A stretch of 64,000 nucleotides of DNA from Clostridiaceae bacterium (GCA_012799825.1 JAAZKK010000016.1:12009-76008); one strand, 5' to 3'; shown: positions 1-10,091, numbered from the stretch's first letter. Numbers and translations: made by a program. Notes: generated by a model from the sequence alone, not told the origin.

Positions 1-102
1 AAAAACCCAAGACGCTATGCTCTGAAACAGGCTACGGATCCGCTCATTTCGATTCTTTTTAAGCGGGGGGCATTGAATACGAATCACACTATTTTGATTC
101 AT
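1..102 (-). CDS. hypothetical protein, N-terminal part only (continues off left edge)
   Basis: ATG at 102 with AAGGAG (RC of 114-119) 11 nt upstream, 39 nt downstream of the NTPase stop. Translates MNQNSVIRIQCPPLKKNRNERIRSLFQSIASWVF. No family recognised. Confidence 0.35.
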   Translation of the reverse strand, partial: MNQNSVIRIQCPPLKKNRNERIRSLFQSIASWVF

Positions 103-140
103 TCTGTTTCTTTCTCCTTAAGTTCCTCATAAAAACATTT

Positions 141-2960
141 TTAATGAAGATAATTTTGAATCACTTCGCGGTTCTCCTGCAAGAGATAGCCTTGTTTCTC
201 ACAGACACTTTCTACTTCTTCTGCCAATTGGCGAAGCCTTGCCTGATCGATCATCCCAAAAGCAGTTGGATTTGCATCCAGATTCTTCAATAATTTCGCC
301 AACGTATCTGTGACCGAATCCAATTCACCGAAAAATTCATTTTCGGTAATTATTTTGAGCGAGTACTCAAGATAGGTCAAGGGATTCAAAAGACAGTCCT
401 CACTTTGGCAATCATCTGAGGAAGAAAGAATTTTGATCATTTTTGTGACCAGCGTGCCTTGCTCTTTGAGATGAGCAAGGATTGTCTGAATCTCACAGCA
501 CCAGTCTGCGTCAGCTGGTTTTGCGACAAAGAACATCTGAAGCGTACCAGCGGCGCGCGTTGCGTTGATGCAGCCATTTCTGATATCTAGGCGGCTTCGG
601 ATCTCTAGGGCTTGTAGATGTTGAATAAGTGAAGTCGCAATAGCAGAAGTAAATTCTGATATTTTGAAGTCAGTTTTCCTGAATATTATAGCGGCAATGT
701 AGTAATGGTCCGTTCCGATCTGAGTATAAGAGTAGGCAATCATCTCTTCCGCTTCTTTTTGCTTATGTTGATCGCCTTGCTCGATTGATAACTTGAGACA
801 GTCTGTGCGATGATCAAAACCTCTGCGGTGCTCTTGGAGCGCAGATCCCAAATCACCCAAAATCATCTGCAAATTTCCGCTACGGGTATTTTTTCTTGCC
901 AACCAATATGCGCCGCGATTCCCGTAGAGTTTGCCAAGAGCCATTTTAGCAACCCAAAGTTTATCCGGATCCTTTTCTTTCTCAACAATATCCTGAATCG
1001 CTTGGAGACTCTCTTCCGCGCGTTCCCACATACTATCCCAAAAGTCCGCTCGTTTTTCTTCTGTTAGGATTTTTTGTATCACTTGAATACGGATACGGCC
1101 CATGATGTACCCAGTTTCATGTTGACGGGACCAAAAGTGGAGAGGGGAATATCCGAGATGATCTCCTTTAAGAAAGATCTCTCTGCGCTGCTCATAGACC
1201 TTCAATGACTTGAGGGCAAGAGAGTAAGTCATGTAATCATTACGTGCGTCGTCAGAAGCGTTGAGAACCAGGTCATTTAGGCGGATAAACTCCAGATCAA
1301 AGCGCGAGTGCCTCCAAGGCTCATAATTCTCATCAAGCGTTCTTTCAAAAAGGCTATCATAAAGGCAGTTGCAGACTTGAGTGTAATGGTGAGTTTTCGC
1401 ATGGAAAGGCTGGTTAGACTGTTCCGCCTTGGCTCGATCAAGGAGATGCGTGAAATACTGAAAATGTTCACTCACCACATCCTCTTCAGCATCCTCTCTC
1501 AGGTAGTTTAGCAATAGCAGATGCAATCCTTCGGCTACAAACCAATCACGGTACGTTTCATGAGCCCATTTGTATTCCAGCTTTTCTTGGTCTAGAGAGA
1601 AAATGTGTAGGTTGCCCAGCATTAGGTCTAGCAGAGTTTCCTCCATTTTTTCAAAATTATTAAGACTCTGCTTTTTTTGCCGCCAATCCGCAATCTTTAC
1701 GATGTCTTTGAATCTGTTCAGCACACTTGCTTCAATCCTAGAGTAATTGTTATTCCGCAAGACTTCCATGCAAAGGAGGATCAGTTTATTCCAGAAAATA
1801 GTGGTGCTGTCCGAGCCTAGGATCACGCGCTGCTCTTGACCCGAATATTGCTTCGGATCCCCCAAGCTATAGTGCACCATAGCAAGGGGAAGAACAAACA
1901 GAAGCAGAGGCAAAAATGATTCGTTCTGTATCACCGCCGTGCGTCTACGGATTTGGGTTTCCAGATAATCACGAATCAGACTGGCGCTGTTGATACGATG
2001 CCTATCCCCAGTTTTCTTCTCATCTGTATTTACATAGAGTTTCAGATAAAAGGGGTAACGCAACAAATAGGCGTTATCCAATACATCGATCTCTGCTTTA
2101 CCGGATTTTCTAATCACCTCGTTAATTTGCTCATCAGTGAGGGGTTGAAGCTCCAAGGGTATAGAGTTCATATAATAGGCCCTTTCTCTTGCTGTGCAGA
2201 CAACCCGACAATTCGGCATATCGTCCAATGTTTTCAATTCTTTATGAAAATCATTGGAGATAAGAGCCTGGTTAATTCCATCAAGCAAAATAAGATATTT
2301 GTAATTTCTTTCCCTATTGATGTGATGATCTAAAGCCGTTCTCATAAAACGGCTGAAACTCTCATTGTTGCTAAAATTGCTATGAGGGAAATAGGTTTTG
2401 CTCAGTTCGCTTAAAATTGAATTCTGACTGCTATCGTAATCATCCATATTCAGGTAAAGAGGGATCCAGTTTGTCTCTTTAGATCCTTCATCCGCTCTTG
2501 ACACTGCCACAGCAGAAGCTTCATGTCGAAGCAGCTCAGCTTCCTCTATTTTCTTCAAGGCTTGCTCCCAAAGATTAAAGAGGTGGAAACTCTTACCACT
2601 GCCTCCGGGTCCATAGAGAAGTAAACTGTTTTCACCGTAGTCTTTACAATCAAGCACATCTGGCAAAGAAGAAAAAGTCTGACGATTCGCTTTGATTTTC
2701 CCAAAATAGTCGGGATCAAGATCAAGGCCGGAATTGTTTTTCTCCGGCTGATCCTGAGATTTTTCGTAGGCCGAGACTATTGGTTGTTCACCCTTTCCAT
2801 GTTCCTCAGGTTGATCGTGTGGGTATTCATAAAGCCTATTGAATTTTCCTCGACTTCCATGGAGAAGTGTACGCAAGAAGCTGTCATGAAAATGATTTAT
2901 CGAGAACTCCAGAAAGTTCTCAGACTCAGGAACAGAGTCATCGGAGGGTTCATCGGTCAA
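141..2960 (-). CDS. NACHT/STAND-type P-loop NTPase with long helical-repeat C-terminus
   Basis: 939-aa ORF. Walker A LLLYGPGGSGKSF, Walker B YLILLDGINQ, then RVVCTAR and LELQPLTDEQINEVI, typical of NACHT. About 600 aa of helical/TPR-like C-terminal sequence. The first 110 aa are acidic and low-complexity. The annotated start is TTG. Confidence 0.7.
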   Translation of the reverse strand: MTDEPSDDSVPESENFLEFSINHFHDSFLRTLLHGSRGKFNRLYEYPHDQPEEHGKGEQPIVSAYEKSQDQPEKNNSGLDLDPDYFGKIKANRQTFSSLPDVLDCKDYGENSLLLYGPGGSGKSFHLFNLWEQALKKIEEAELLRHEASAVAVSRADEGSKETNWIPLYLNMDDYDSSQNSILSELSKTYFPHSNFSNNESFSRFMRTALDHHINRERNYKYLILLDGINQALISNDFHKELKTLDDMPNCRVVCTARERAYYMNSIPLELQPLTDEQINEVIRKSGKAEIDVLDNAYLLRYPFYLKLYVNTDEKKTGDRHRINSASLIRDYLETQIRRRTAVIQNESFLPLLLFVLPLAMVHYSLGDPKQYSGQEQRVILGSDSTTIFWNKLILLCMEVLRNNNYSRIEASVLNRFKDIVKIADWRQKKQSLNNFEKMEETLLDLMLGNLHIFSLDQEKLEYKWAHETYRDWFVAEGLHLLLLNYLREDAEEDVVSEHFQYFTHLLDRAKAEQSNQPFHAKTHHYTQVCNCLYDSLFERTLDENYEPWRHSRFDLEFIRLNDLVLNASDDARNDYMTYSLALKSLKVYEQRREIFLKGDHLGYSPLHFWSRQHETGYIMGRIRIQVIQKILTEEKRADFWDSMWERAEESLQAIQDIVEKEKDPDKLWVAKMALGKLYGNRGAYWLARKNTRSGNLQMILGDLGSALQEHRRGFDHRTDCLKLSIEQGDQHKQKEAEEMIAYSYTQIGTDHYYIAAIIFRKTDFKISEFTSAIATSLIQHLQALEIRSRLDIRNGCINATRAAGTLQMFFVAKPADADWCCEIQTILAHLKEQGTLVTKMIKILSSSDDCQSEDCLLNPLTYLEYSLKIITENEFFGELDSVTDTLAKLLKNLDANPTAFGMIDQARLRQLAEEVESVCEKQGYLLQENREVIQNYLH

Positions 2961-2975
2961 GCTACTGCCATCACA

Positions 2976-3416
2976 TCACTCTTCCTCGTCACTCTTTTCT
3001 TCTGACGCTTGGGCACGCGCCGCATCGATAACCCACCGGTTCACTTGAGCGATCAAGTCCAAAGGAAACCGTTTCCTGAAATGAGTCAAAAGCGATGGAT
3101 CAAGAGATAAGTCATACCGGTAGTCCGTATAACCCAAGAAATATTGGATGTACGGATGCTCGCGGATCATCTGTACCGTATCAACGTCAGATAACTGCAA
3201 TTGCTCCTTAACAAAGAGACAACCGAGAACCAGGCTGACGGACTTGGCTCGCGCTCCGCGATGTCCCCGAAAATTTTTGCGGTATGCTTCCTCTACTCGG
3301 AACCAAGGTATGAGACCTGCCAGCTTCACCCACCGATTATCCGAGTTCGGTGGTAGACCTCCAAATAGAAAGGGTTCGTCGTGAAAGGCGATTTGACGAC
3401 TATCGTGATCGTACAT
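2976..3416 (-). pseudogene. IS5/IS1182-type transposase, N-terminal (DUF772-like) fragment only
   Basis: MYDHDSRQIAFHDEPFLFGG...LIPWFRVEEAYRKNF...RGARAKSVSLVLGCLFVKEQLQLSDVDTVQMIREHPYIQYFLGY...DPSLLTHFRKR matches the conserved N-terminal domain of IS5/IS1182 transposases. It ends after an acidic linker with no DDE domain. Confidence 0.65.
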
Positions 3417-3559
3417 GACGACTCTCCAACTCCAAAGTGCAAGGGTTTCTGAGCTTTTATACCGTTTCCCTAATGCAATAATAATCATGTACTTTCAAGT
3501 GCCAAACAGCCGTAGCAGTTTCTTCTGTTTTCTGTTCACTGGCCTTGACCTTGACAAGA

Positions 3560-3805
3560 AAATAGAGACAAGAGATGGCGCTTGAGTTTGTCCTCACCAG
3601 TCGTGTACTGTCTTATTAGGTCCGGATAGTAGATGTTAATTCCCAGGGACCTGAAAAGGACTACCCGTGTGCAAGAGTGTCCATCCACCTACAGACATAC
3701 ATGTTTAGGCTGGTTGAGGCCGGCTTCTCGTGCAACGCGTTAGGATGTGGGTTTGCAGGATAAGGGTGGTGTTTGAAGGACCAAATTTAATCACAGGAGT
3801 TAAAA
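3560..3805 (+). ncRNA. candidate IS110 bridge RNA region (left non-coding end)
   Basis: About 250-nt non-coding stretch directly upstream of the IS110 recombinase ORF, with local stems (ggtcc 3619-3623 / ggacc 3647-3651; ggac 3658-3661 / gtcc 3679-3682). The call rests on position and established knowledge of IS110 elements. The fold was not verified. Confidence 0.3.
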
Positions 3806-4755
3806 ATGGAAAACAAGCGTGAACTGGTTGTTGGTGTAGACGTGGCTAAAGTAGTGAAATCTGTATCCTTGACCTCGACTATTCCATTCACAGGAGAATG
3901 TCAGTGCGACACGACTCAGCAGAAAGCATGGATCATCTCATGCGAACTATTATGGCCAAAGAAAAGGATTTTGAAGCAACAGCGACCGTTGTTATAGAAT
4001 CCACTGGCCATTACCACAAAATCCTTAAACGTGCCCTAGACCTGCACGGGATACGGGTTGTTGTTAAGGATAAGGTTCTCAAACGCCTAGCCAAAGCATC
4101 TCGGAAAGGGATGACATGGGCACAAACCAAACTGGATACGATTCTGGTTAAAGACCGAACAATAGCTAAACTGGGCGCTAATGAAGCGGTCTTTGCCGAT
4201 CTGATTCGCTCCGAAATCGTGCTGTGCCAAGCCTTAAATCAACAAATGACCGCACGTCTTGAGCGCGTGAAAGACTATCTTCAAAAAAATGCTAGGAGTG
4301 ATAATCCAAAGCTGGCGCTACAGGTTGCTCTACTGCAGACGATTCCCGGAGTAGGACTTATCTCGGCTTTAACGATCGTGGCTGAATGCGGAGATATCTC
4401 GCGCTTCAAGCATGCAAGAGCACTCACTGCCTTTGCTGGCCTAGATCCGTCCGTGAAGGAATCGGGGCAATTTAAAGGAACTCGAAACAAGGTCTCCAAG
4501 CGGGGAAATCGCCAGCTGCGGCAAGCGCTCTATATGGTCGCTATGCGCTCCGTCAGCATCAACAGAAAGGGCGATTATGTTAACCCTTACTTGCGTGACT
4601 TCTATGACAGAAAGTGTCAATCGAAACCCAATAAAGTGGCCTTGATCGCTGTTGCGCATAAACTCATCTTCATCATTTTTGCTGTTCTTCGTGATCAGAA
4701 ACCGTTCTATTGGGTGGACCCAGAAGAGCATCAAGTCAGGATCAACTCGGCCTGA
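3806..4755 (+). pseudogene. IS110-family DEDD transposase/recombinase, interrupted by a frameshift near 3.85-3.90 kb
   Basis: N-terminal MENKRELVVGVDVAK (frame of 3806) continues in the frame of 3898 with ATVVIESTGHYH. C-terminal Transposase_20-type motif LQTIPGVGLISALTIVAECGDISRFKHARALTAFAGLDPSVKESGQFKG...SKRGNRQLRQALY. Confidence 0.75.
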
Positions 4756-4969
4756 TTATCTCTATTCTCTTGTCAAGGTACAAACGCCTGCTTCTCAAAG
4801 GGCGGTTCTGTTGGTGTGCTCTTTTCTAGAGCAATCCTTACACTTCTTGCTAATAATCAATACCGGCTATTTGGGGCCTTGACTGATTAGCTGGCTTGTA
4901 CCTATTGTACCCAATATTCACTGTAATACTCTGACTCCAGACCTTTGAAAATCGTTCAGCAAACCCTAA

Positions 4970-5785
4970 TTAATACTCTTGCATTGTGTTACCTGCTAGT
5001 TTGTTGTTTTTTTGGTGCTGTGAGTGCCATCTTAAAATTTTGCTTTCCACAAAGTTTAGTAAGTAATTAAGTATAATGCCCATAAATAGAAGGAGAAAAA
5101 CACATGACATTACTCTGGTTACGATGAAATATGATGACGCATAAGCAACCATCCAGCCAAAGCCTGCCGTAGCTCCCATATACTCACCTATTATTGAACC
5201 CACTATACTCGCACCTATACCTCCCCTAATGCCACCTAGAATGGACGGCATACAGGCAGGGAGAATAACGTGCCACCATGTCTGAGCTGTTCCGGCACCT
5301 AGCATTGTTGATATTTCAATTAGCTTTCTGTCGATATTATTAATTGCTCCGTAGGTTGCGAAAAAAACAACAAAAAACACCATAAGCCCAGCTAGAAATA
5401 CCTTGGAAGTCAATCCCAAACCAAACCATAATATATAAAGAGGAGCTAAGGTCAACTGGGGCACACTGTTAATTGCTGTTAATATCGGAGTAAAAATACT
5501 CCCAAGTATTTTAAACTGCCCAAATAATGCAGCGACAATAATACCAAGAAAGCAACCAACGATTAATGCGCTCAGAGCTTCTTGTAGAGTAATGGAAGCA
5601 TGTTTCCAAAGATCTCCACTAGTATAAAATTCTACTATGTCTTTAATGATGGCACTTGGATAACTTGTATAGAATGAGTCGAATCTTTCAGTTTTAGCCC
5701 CCCATTCCCATAGCAGTATTAGTCCGCCAACCAGCAATATCTGTATTACACTAATTAATATATGCCGCCTTTTTTCCCTATGCAT
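4970..5785 (-). CDS. ABC transporter permease (NitT/TauT/SsuC-like)
   Basis: 271 aa, multi-TM, binding-protein-dependent permease signature region. Follows the ATPase and SBP genes in the same operon. Confidence 0.75.
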   Translation of the reverse strand: MHREKRRHILISVIQILLVGGLILLWEWGAKTERFDSFYTSYPSAIIKDIVEFYTSGDLWKHASITLQEALSALIVGCFLGIIVAALFGQFKILGSIFTPILTAINSVPQLTLAPLYILWFGLGLTSKVFLAGLMVFFVVFFATYGAINNIDRKLIEISTMLGAGTAQTWWHVILPACMPSILGGIRGGIGASIVGSIIGEYMGATAGFGWMVAYASSYFIVTRVMSCVFLLLFMGIILNYLLNFVESKILRWHSQHQKNNKLAGNTMQEY

Positions 5786-5798
5786 AAATAATCGCTCC

Positions 5799-6821
5799 TT
5801 ATAATATCAGAAGATTCTTCTTGTTAACAGCTAAAGAAACGACTTCGTCATCTTTATATACCTCTGGCGTATCAAATTTTACATCCACCTTAATTTTGAC
5901 ACCCTCAACATTGATTAAATATTTTATTACGCTTTGCTGCAGAATATTGCTGACTACTTTTCCTGTCATGTAGTATAAATCTTCTTGTACATCAAAAGGC
6001 GCATTTGCAATTTCTATCACTTCCGGGCGGATGGCAACTGTAGTCCCATCTTTTGATAATTTCTCCGCTTTAGTGATTAATTTAAATTCATCGACAGATA
6101 ACATATTATAATTTCCAATAAAACTGGCGGCAAAAATAGTTTTTGGATTTGTATAGAGTTCACTGGGAGTTCCTGATTGTTCAATATAGCCATCATTACT
6201 AAAAAGGAAAATAATGTCGGACATCCGCATGGCCTCAATTTGATTGTGAGTAACAAATATTGACGTCATATTAAGTTCTTTATGAATCTCCTTTATTCTG
6301 CCCTGAAGTTCTGTTCTAAGTTTAGCGTCAATTGCGCTGAGAGGCTCGTCCAATAATAGAACTTTGGGAAACACCACTAAGCTTCTTGCCAAGGCTACCC
6401 GCTGCTGTTCACCACCCGAAAGCATGCTCGGATATTTACCTGTATGCTCGGTTAATTCTACCATTTTGATGACCTCTTTGACACTTTTGTCAATTTTGTC
6501 TCTATCGACACCTCTCATTTTTAGACCAAAAGCGATGTTATCATAAACTGTCATAGTAGGAAACAGACTGTATTGCTGGAATATCATACCTAAATTGCGA
6601 GATCTCACGCTTTTATTTGTGATATCCTCTCCGTCTAGCATTATCGTACCACTGTCAGGAATTTCTAATCCTGCAAAACAGCGCAATAATGTTGTCTTGC
6701 CACAACCAGAAGACCCCAATAATGTGACAAACTGGCCCTGTTCTATAGTCAGATTGATATCCTTTAAAACATGTTTATTACCAAAGTGTTTCTCAATATG
6801 CTTGAATTCTATGTAAGCCAC
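5799..6821 (-). CDS. ABC transporter ATP-binding protein with C-terminal TOBE-like domain
   Basis: Walker A GSSGCGKTT, signature LSGGEQQRVALAR, Walker B LLLDEPLSAID. 340 aa. Confidence 0.85.
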   Translation of the reverse strand: MAYIEFKHIEKHFGNKHVLKDINLTIEQGQFVTLLGSSGCGKTTLLRCFAGLEIPDSGTIMLDGEDITNKSVRSRNLGMIFQQYSLFPTMTVYDNIAFGLKMRGVDRDKIDKSVKEVIKMVELTEHTGKYPSMLSGGEQQRVALARSLVVFPKVLLLDEPLSAIDAKLRTELQGRIKEIHKELNMTSIFVTHNQIEAMRMSDIIFLFSNDGYIEQSGTPSELYTNPKTIFAASFIGNYNMLSVDEFKLITKAEKLSKDGTTVAIRPEVIEIANAPFDVQEDLYYMTGKVVSNILQQSVIKYLINVEGVKIKVDVKFDTPEVYKDDEVVSLAVNKKNLLIL

Positions 6822-6839
6822 TTTTCCTCCCGCTATACC

Positions 6840-7847
6840 CTATTCTGTTAAAGAAGTTTGGGCATTTTCCAAATAATTCATATTTACTATATCCTCATAT
6901 TCTATTTTGGTTTGCGGAATTCCGTATTTCATAAAGAAATTTTCAACTGCATCAAATCCTTTTTTACTAATATAACCATCGTTCGAAAAGGCTGGTCTTA
7001 AATAGTTGATTCTTAAGGCCAGATCCTCTTGGCTCATCGAAGAATAATATGAAGTGATCTTTGCAGCTATCTCGGCATCCGAGTGTTCTTGCACCCAATA
7101 TAGTGCTTTAAGGACAGCATTAACAAATTTTTGCACCGTTTCGGGGTTCTTTTTAGAAAATTCCTTGGAACAGCAAATTACGTCCGTTTCAAACTTATCA
7201 GAACCATAAAATTCAAGTGCGGTCTCAGGATCTCCGGTGCTGAATACAATGTTTACACCTGCTTTCTCGAGATCTGAAGTGTATTCAATCCCAAAGTATG
7301 AAGCTTTGATCTGCCCGCTACCTAAAGCTGCTAATGCAGCACCGTAATCCAAATTTACATAAGTAATGTCTTCTTTAATATTAAGCCCGGCGTTTGTTAA
7401 AACATTGCTGACTAGTTGATATGGTTCCGAACCAGGCAATCCGGCAAAAACAATTTTGCCTTTCAATTGGTCAATACTGTTAATAGACTTTGCCGTTGCC
7501 AAGACAAAAGGCCTGTTTTTCTTCATAGCAATTACTAATTCCGATCTCAAGCCTTGATCCTCACCAAGAAAGATTGTACCTTGGGAAAGCAAACAAAACT
7601 GAGAATTATTCGCATGCATACCCTGTAAAGCTAATGTTCCATCTCTATATACCGCAAATTCTACATCAAGACCTTGCTCTTCAAAATAACCAAGTTCATA
7701 GGCTAAATGCACAGGCAACCAACTCAATGCGCGGAATTCAGCTACAATAATTTTTGTTGATTGTTCTTTATTATTATTTGAGGTGCCGCATCCTACAAAT
7801 AAAAAAATCAAGAGCAAGGCTACACATATTGATAATACTCTTTTCAT
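6840..7847 (-). CDS. ABC substrate-binding lipoprotein (NMT1/THI5-like, SsuA/ThiY type)
   Basis: Lipoprotein signal LLIFLFVGCG. Periplasmic-binding fold of the NMT1/THI5 type, judged from overall sequence character and operon context. Confidence 0.6.
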   Translation of the reverse strand: MKRVLSICVALLLIFLFVGCGTSNNNKEQSTKIIVAEFRALSWLPVHLAYELGYFEEQGLDVEFAVYRDGTLALQGMHANNSQFCLLSQGTIFLGEDQGLRSELVIAMKKNRPFVLATAKSINSIDQLKGKIVFAGLPGSEPYQLVSNVLTNAGLNIKEDITYVNLDYGAALAALGSGQIKASYFGIEYTSDLEKAGVNIVFSTGDPETALEFYGSDKFETDVICCSKEFSKKNPETVQKFVNAVLKALYWVQEHSDAEIAAKITSYYSSMSQEDLALRINYLRPAFSNDGYISKKGFDAVENFFMKYGIPQTKIEYEDIVNMNYLENAQTSLTE

Positions 7848-7916
7848 CGCTGCATCCTCCGTTCATCCTGCTATAATATAATAAAGATTGTTATATAAAA
7901 ACTTCCAAATATTTTT

Positions 7917-8501
7917 TCACTTAACGAGCTCTTTTCCCTCGGTCTCTTCTCCCCATCTCTTAAAAAGATTCTCTTCGATCGAAAACTGGTCAAGGATCTT
8001 CCCAACAGTTTGATTGACAATATCATCAAGAGACTTAGGCTGGTGATAAAAAGCCGGTACAGGTGGAAGGATTACTCCCCCCATTCTAACAACTTTCATC
8101 ATTAATTCTAAATGTCCCTCGTGAAGTGGTGTTTCTCTAACCATCAGGACAAGCTTGCGCCGTTCTTTTAGTGAAACATCAGCTGCCCTTATAAGTAAAT
8201 TAAAATTAAAGGAATTAGCAATAGCCGAGAGCGTTTTTATGGAACAAGGTGCAACAATCATCCCATCAGTCTTGAATGAACCGCTGGCAATAGCCCCACC
8301 AATATCATTAATATCGTAGATGACAGACGCTAAGGCGTCCAAATCAGCTACTTTATATGACGTTTCAATCTCAAGATTCTTAATAGCAGCCTGTGAATAA
8401 ACCAGATGAACATTGGCGTTGGCTCTACTTAAAACTTCCAGTAATCTCACACCGTAAATTACTCCGCTTGCTCCCGTTATGCCTACCACAATCCTTGACA
8501 T
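7917..8501 (-). CDS. ubiX: flavin prenyltransferase UbiX (prFMN synthase)
   Basis: MSRIVVGITGASGVIYGVRLLEVL... 194 aa, with the typical UbiX/Pad1 N-terminus and length. Confidence 0.85.
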   Translation of the reverse strand: MSRIVVGITGASGVIYGVRLLEVLSRANANVHLVYSQAAIKNLEIETSYKVADLDALASVIYDINDIGGAIASGSFKTDGMIVAPCSIKTLSAIANSFNFNLLIRAADVSLKERRKLVLMVRETPLHEGHLELMMKVVRMGGVILPPVPAFYHQPKSLDDIVNQTVGKILDQFSIEENLFKRWGEETEGKELVK

Positions 8502-8644
8502 ATATACTGCCTCCGCATGCCATTATTTGTTATGTTAAATTGTAGTACTGTCCCCATGCCATTAAGCCATAGGCTACTGCTTAAAAAGCAACCTATGGCT
8601 ATGGTTAACAAGTATCAGGTTGCAGGCAAGCCTATTTCTTTCCT

Positions 8645-9937
8645 CTAATAGCCCTTTTTCGCCAAGAAAAGGAACAAGAGTGAGCAAATTAAGGCCGTAG
8701 AAGAGAATAACGTAACAACAGCGCTGTAACTAGAAATCCCTAGAATATATCCTGCTATAGTTGGCGCAAGTGCTCCCACTGCCGATCCTATCATGCCGGC
8801 AAATCCAATAGCGGCGCCAAGCGTTGCCTTTGACATTGTTTTATGGAAGGTGGTATGTATCCCTAAAAATCCAGGCTGTTGACACCCTACCGAGATAACA
8901 ATGAAAACCATTGCTATATAGTTATTCTTAATTACATTTCCGCCGATAAACATCGCTACTGCAGTAATCAAATAGGCTATGCCGCTAAATAGGGCACGAC
9001 GTTGGAATTTGTCCTGCAAGAATCCCATAATGGCAACAGTGATCATCGACCAAGCCCAGTTAAGAGAAAATAGTAAACCTGATGTCTTAAACGAAAAACC
9101 GCGTGCAGTATTGAAGTAAGAAGGCATCCATGTCATCCACCCGAAATAGTAAATGTTGGTACTGCACCAGATCACCGCAAGAATCCAAAATCTATAATCC
9201 CGCAAAAAGCTCCAATCTTTTTTTATAACTTGCTCTTCCTCACCTTTTTCCTGCAACTCTGCCTTTATTCCTGCTTCAATATAAGCAACTTCATTTTTGC
9301 TCATCCATTTGCTCTGTGAGGGATATTCCTTCATAAGAAAAATGATCGGAATCAACGGTAGCAGCGAGATCAACCCATGTAGGTAAAATGCATACCGCCA
9401 TCCTCCGGAAGCAATCATGGCTACAACTATTATTCCCGAAAGAACAGGGCCTACTGTTGTACCGTTCAACCAAAACGCACTTGCTCGACCGCGTTCTTTA
9501 GGCGGAAACCAGTTACCTACGTAGACGTTAAAAAGAGGAAACATAACACCTTGCCCAACACCAAGAATAATTCTGCCAATTATTATCTGGCCGGCTGTAG
9601 TTGAGAGACCACTTACCGCCATCGTAAGTGCCCAAATAATGGATGCAACAATGCCCGTATTACGAGGGCCTATTTTATCAATGATTGGTCCCCAGATCGA
9701 CTGTGTTAACGCATATGTGATCAAATAACTGGTAGCCAGCATCCCGGCCAAAGCAGGTCGATTAACCAAGTCTAAATCACTTAGAAACTGTTGATTAGAG
9801 ATCAATATCGAAACAGAAACCCTACTTAAGAGGATAATCGCCCCAATAAACGCCAAGGGCGTCGCCATTAAAAACCATCTTCTTATCCCAACAGATTCTT
9901 GGTTGGTATTCTTTGTTTTGAGATCCTTATTGCTCAT
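8645..9937 (-). CDS. MFS transporter (anion:cation symporter-like organic acid permease)
   Basis: 430 aa, about 12 TM segments. The WFPPKERGRASAFW loop motif is typical of ACS-type MFS carriers. Confidence 0.7.
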   Translation of the reverse strand: MSNKDLKTKNTNQESVGIRRWFLMATPLAFIGAIILLSRVSVSILISNQQFLSDLDLVNRPALAGMLATSYLITYALTQSIWGPIIDKIGPRNTGIVASIIWALTMAVSGLSTTAGQIIIGRIILGVGQGVMFPLFNVYVGNWFPPKERGRASAFWLNGTTVGPVLSGIIVVAMIASGGWRYAFYLHGLISLLPLIPIIFLMKEYPSQSKWMSKNEVAYIEAGIKAELQEKGEEEQVIKKDWSFLRDYRFWILAVIWCSTNIYYFGWMTWMPSYFNTARGFSFKTSGLLFSLNWAWSMITVAIMGFLQDKFQRRALFSGIAYLITAVAMFIGGNVIKNNYIAMVFIVISVGCQQPGFLGIHTTFHKTMSKATLGAAIGFAGMIGSAVGALAPTIAGYILGISSYSAVVTLFSSTALICSLLFLFLAKKGY

Positions 9938-10091
9938 TTTAACACCTCCTTTAAAATCTCTCCTATCAAATGCTCTAATGCTTCTTTTTCACTGCTATCT
10001 ACTTGCTTTTATTACTGCTTCAGAAACTTTTTTTTATCACCACCTTCCTCAATTCTTCTTATTATTATGTCCTTTATGTCTTTGACGAGTT

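Larger units (their letters stand above)
3550..4883 (+). mobile_element. IS110-family insertion sequence (approximate bounds)
   Basis: Contains the IS110 transposase reading frames. The 9-nt GGCCTTGAC occurs at 3541-3549 and 4875-4883, 1334 bp apart, which is a typical IS110 size. No terminal inverted repeats, as expected for this family. Confidence 0.5.

Noticed and set aside
2976-2978. In-frame TGA between the transposase fragment and the STAND ORF as selenocysteine or programmed readthrough
   Set aside because: No SECIS-like hairpin is evident immediately downstream and there is no functional rationale. A nonsense mutation, chimeric junction or coincidence is more likely.
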